A stretch of 64,000 bases of DNA from Eledone cirrhosa. Taxonomy: Eukaryota. Location of the stretch: positions 25,172,001 through 25,236,000 of the forward strand of contig OZ024761.1 in NCBI GenBank assembly GCA_964016885.1, written 5' to 3'. The stretch's first letter is position 1, and every line of letters starts with the position of its first letter. Below the pieces are notes generated by a model. The model searched no databases and was not told where the DNA came from. It saw only the letters and a program-made list of their open reading frames with translations. Position numbers and translations under genes: made by a program. Below are positions 60,249 through 64,000 of the stretch, in pieces.

Positions 60249-60593
60249 TATATATATATATAATATATATGTACACACACACGCACGCACACATATATAT
60301 ACATACATATTTATATTTATATACATACAAATATATATAGTTAGTATAGTCAATACAGATTATCAACACACCATGCAGGTATACAGGTAAGCTATAAATA
60401 TGTCACAGAACAAGATAGTAAAGTGTTAAAATGAATAGTGTCAGTCTCTGGGGAAGATACATCCTGCTATGTGATTACGTCTGTCCAGGATTATATTTAG
60501 AGATATAATATAATGACCATGTTTGCCGCAGTAATAATTCCATGGTAAACTTATGGAAAGAGTTTTCCTGCCCAAACCTAAATCCAGAGAAAA

Positions 60594-60900
60594 TGTGAGC
60601 ACGCGAGCTCGATTAGCTCGTCCAATATGTTTCCCTGGCCATCCTCCAGGGAAAGGCTTTCGCTAGCCCGTCCGCTGGAGCCACGGGACGGCTTGAACGA
60701 GGGCCACCATTTGCTTATAATAGTGACAGATGGGGAGAGCGTGAGAGACTGAGTGACATTGGGAATTTGATTCCATTATGTTCAGATCTCATCCTCCAGG
60801 GAAACGCCTTCTCCATTCTGTCCGCGCTGGCTGTGCGGAGGTCAGCATGTGCACCCCATTTGCTTACCCTGCAGGGAGATGGAGAGGGTGAGATACTTGG
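60594..60900 (+). pseudogene. Two diverged tandem 3' ends of the CRE-like element
   Basis: RELD*LVQYVSLAILQGKAF and ILQGNAFSILSA match the QRxSxAxxRGNA terminus; the start aligns to 16283. Confidence 0.6.
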
Positions 60901-61019
60901 AGGCTATTACAGTGGGAGTTCGGCTCTTCCACGTTCGGACCATATCCTTGTGGTTGTGTTTATTATCAATATAAAAAAATTAACTAACCGCTTCTGTATT
61001 TTCTTTTTGCACAAAACTT

Positions 61020-62990
61020 GAGACAACCCAAACTTAAACTATGATCGTGTTCTGATGTAAGCTGATCGATCGAATTATCGGTAGATCATCGAATATAATG
61101 CTTTTCTGCATATAGTTACGATCCTGTTTGTTCTGATTTCGAAACCCCGCCGAGATTACGTACTGCAGCAACGTCTAAATTTCCTTTTGCTCCCCAGAAG
61201 CAAAATCCAGACACAAATACAAACCTAAACTATGATTGATTTCTGAAGCATAGTGATCGATTGCAATATCGGTATATCGTTGCATAAAATACTTTGCGTC
61301 ATATAGATATGTCCTTTACGGTCTGATTTCAAAATCACGCACAGATTTCTTAGTGCAGTAACGTTTTCAGGGGAAAATTCTAGAATGCTTTTCCCTCCCC
61401 AGACTACAGTTATCCCACAAATCCAAATATAAACAAAGATTGTATTTTGAAGCAGGTTGATACGGTCCTTTATGCTCCTCTGCTTTCAAAATCCGCCGAA
61501 GTTAGCTTTACCTTTTCTTACGGGGTTGATAAAATAAAGCACCAGTAACATTCTGAGGTCGATTTATTCAACGCTCCTCTCCCTGAAACGTGTTAACCTT
61601 GTGCCTATAACGGAAAATATTATCGTTAGAGTAGCGAGGAAAACACTTTGTACTATTTAGTTACTATGTTCTACCATCTGAGTTCTATCTTGCAGTGGTC
61701 AATATGAACCTCATATGTCCGCTAACAATAGAAGAAAGTACATGTAAGTACAGATCAATTCCTGTGTTCGATTTAATCGACTTTTTCTTCCTCTCAAAAT
61801 TACTGATCTTGATTTGAAACCATTATAAGCGTCGTGGATCTGCAATATCAATAGAGCATCGGAAAATACTCTTTACGACATATAGATATGGTCCTTTACT
61901 CTCCGATTTCAATATCCCGTTGCGGTTAGCATTAACTTTCCTCCTTAGTGTGGTAAAAACAAATCACCAGTAACGAACTGAGGTCGATTTAATCGACTGT
62001 TCCCTCCCTGAAACTTGTTGGCCTTGTACCAATATCAGAAACTATTTTCATTAGAGTAACGGACAAATAGTTTTCTGCTATTTAGTTACCAAGTTCTACT
62101 TTCTGATTTATTTCAATTCTGTGGCGGTCAACCCTGCAACTCATATGTCCGCTAACGATAATATAAAGTATATGTAATTACTCCGAAATTACCGAGTTCC
62201 ATAAAATCAACTTTTCTATCCCCTAAAATCTGCTGGTCTTGTGTCTTAATTCTAAACCATTATCAGGTACGTAGATTGGCAGTATCCGTAGAGCGTCGTA
62301 CAAACTACTTTGTTGCAAATACATCGCATCTCTTTATGTTCTGAGTTCAAACCCCCTCCCAGGTTAACTTGGCTTTACATCCTTACAGGGTCGATAGAAT
62401 AAAATATCAGTAACGCATTGCGGCAGATATCGTCGACTCCACGCCGCGTCAAAAATTGCCGGCCTTGTGCTAATGCTAGAAAGAATTATCCTGCTGTTAT
62501 TGCTACTGTCGTTTTTCTAAATGTACTTGAAGGAAATAGAGATTTGTTATAGTGGTTTTTTGTCTTCCTAATCACTGTCACCACGTCACCATTTTAGTTA
62601 TACTACTATAGTCTTTTTAATTATAATACTTTAATCATAATATTTTAATTGGCGGTATCAGTAGAGAGTCGGGCACCATGCTTTGCAGCATAGAGTTACG
62701 GTCCTTTACGGTCTGAGTTCCAATCCCGCAAAGGTTCACTTTGCCTTTCATCGTTGCGGGATCGACAAAATAAAGCACCAGTGACGTACTGGGGTCGATC
62801 TAATCGACTTTCCCCTCCCCGCAAATTACTGGCCTTCTACCCATAGTAGATGACACTAACTATCATAACACTACGGGCAGTATCGGTAGAGGATCGGACG
62901 CCATGCTTTGTAGCACGGGGTCGATAAAATAAAGTACCAGTAATGGACTGGGGTAAATGCTGGCCTTGTGCCAAAAGTAGAAACAACTAA
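61020..62990 (+). mobile_element. Array of highly diverged SINE copies ending in two younger copies
   Basis: Repeated degenerate B-box, gataaaataaagcaccag and gtcgatttaatcgact motifs. Confidence 0.75.
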
Positions 62991-63174
62991 TGAAGAAAAG
63001 AAGAGGAGAAAAGAAAGATGAAGAAGAAGGGGAAGGAGAAGAAATACGATACATTTTCAGTTTCATCCTCACCATCAACATTAAACTAACCATCATCACA
63101 ATCATCATCGCCATCGGTATCATGACCATCGTCATCATAATCATAAACATCAACAGTAGCTGCATCGTTATCGC

Positions 63175-63206
<32 letters not shown>

Positions 63207-64000
63207 CCCGCATCATTTTAATCCTGTTCTCCTTGCTTAGCAAAGGTAAACTAACTATATATGGTAAAACATATAGCCCAGCGCCGATAAGTCTTGATAC
63301 CAGATGAAAGGTAAACACAATTAGCAGTAAACCTGATGTTAAATAAAGACACATAAACATATAACTATGTAGGTAAACAAATATAGGCTAAAGTTTCAGT
63401 GTTTTGGAAAATCAGATAAAGTAAATTTTAAAGCGTGTCTTCGGAGATTACAAAGAACTGAGAGTCTTTTACCCCTGTGTTATCTGATTATCTTAGAATT
63501 CTCGAGTGAAATTACAGATTTCAAACCTAAACAATCTCCAGAGCAGATCTAAATACGTATATTCTTTTATTCTGACTAATTATTTACGGTAATTATTAGG
63601 CTGCCATGCTGTGTCCCGCCTTCAACGAGATTTAGTTTATCATTCTACGGCTCTCGAGTTTTATTTACTTAAACTTTGGTAAATATCGATCAGGTTTTGG
63701 CTAATCGCTATCTTACAGAGTATAAACAATGGGTACATATAAACACGAACTGACACCCACAAACACAAACAAACACATACATATATATATATAGGTGTGT
63801 GTGTGTTCGGATCTAGCAGCCGAAATGGCTTTAGCTCAGCCGTCGGGGTGATGATTTTTTCACACACACACACATATATATATATATATAAGTATATATA
63901 TATTTGGCAGGGCTTAATACAATTATAAGATTGCATCATGTATAGTGCGGTTTAATGGTTTAAAATGCGAAAATATTGTTTCTAACAAGCCAGGAGAGTT

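Overview
AT-rich, repeat-saturated eukaryotic non-coding DNA. The SINE families and (TA)n load suggest an octopod cephalopod, which is an inference. I found no convincing host protein-coding exon; nearly all long ORFs are translations of micro- or minisatellites. Contents: (1) many copies of a tRNA-headed SINE, often in tandem arrays; (2) three copies of a ~600-bp non-autonomous RTE-like element with a terminal C2H2 zinc-finger remnant and a candidate HDV-like fold at its 5' end; (3) fragments of CRE-clade-like non-LTR retrotransposons; (4) large (TA)/(TACA)n arrays and minisatellites. The main observation is a dense population of short non-coding elements lodged in or beside (TA)n tracts that carry minimal type I hammerhead ribozyme (HHR) motifs. 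I count 13 near-canonical and about 10 degenerate motifs from about 10 sequence-distinct families. Many sit in fold-back palindromes with sense and antisense ribozyme copies, and most have a palindromic stem III. This resembles Penelope-like-element pseudo-LTR or retrozyme-type relics. All folds were parsed by eye, and element boundaries are approximate.
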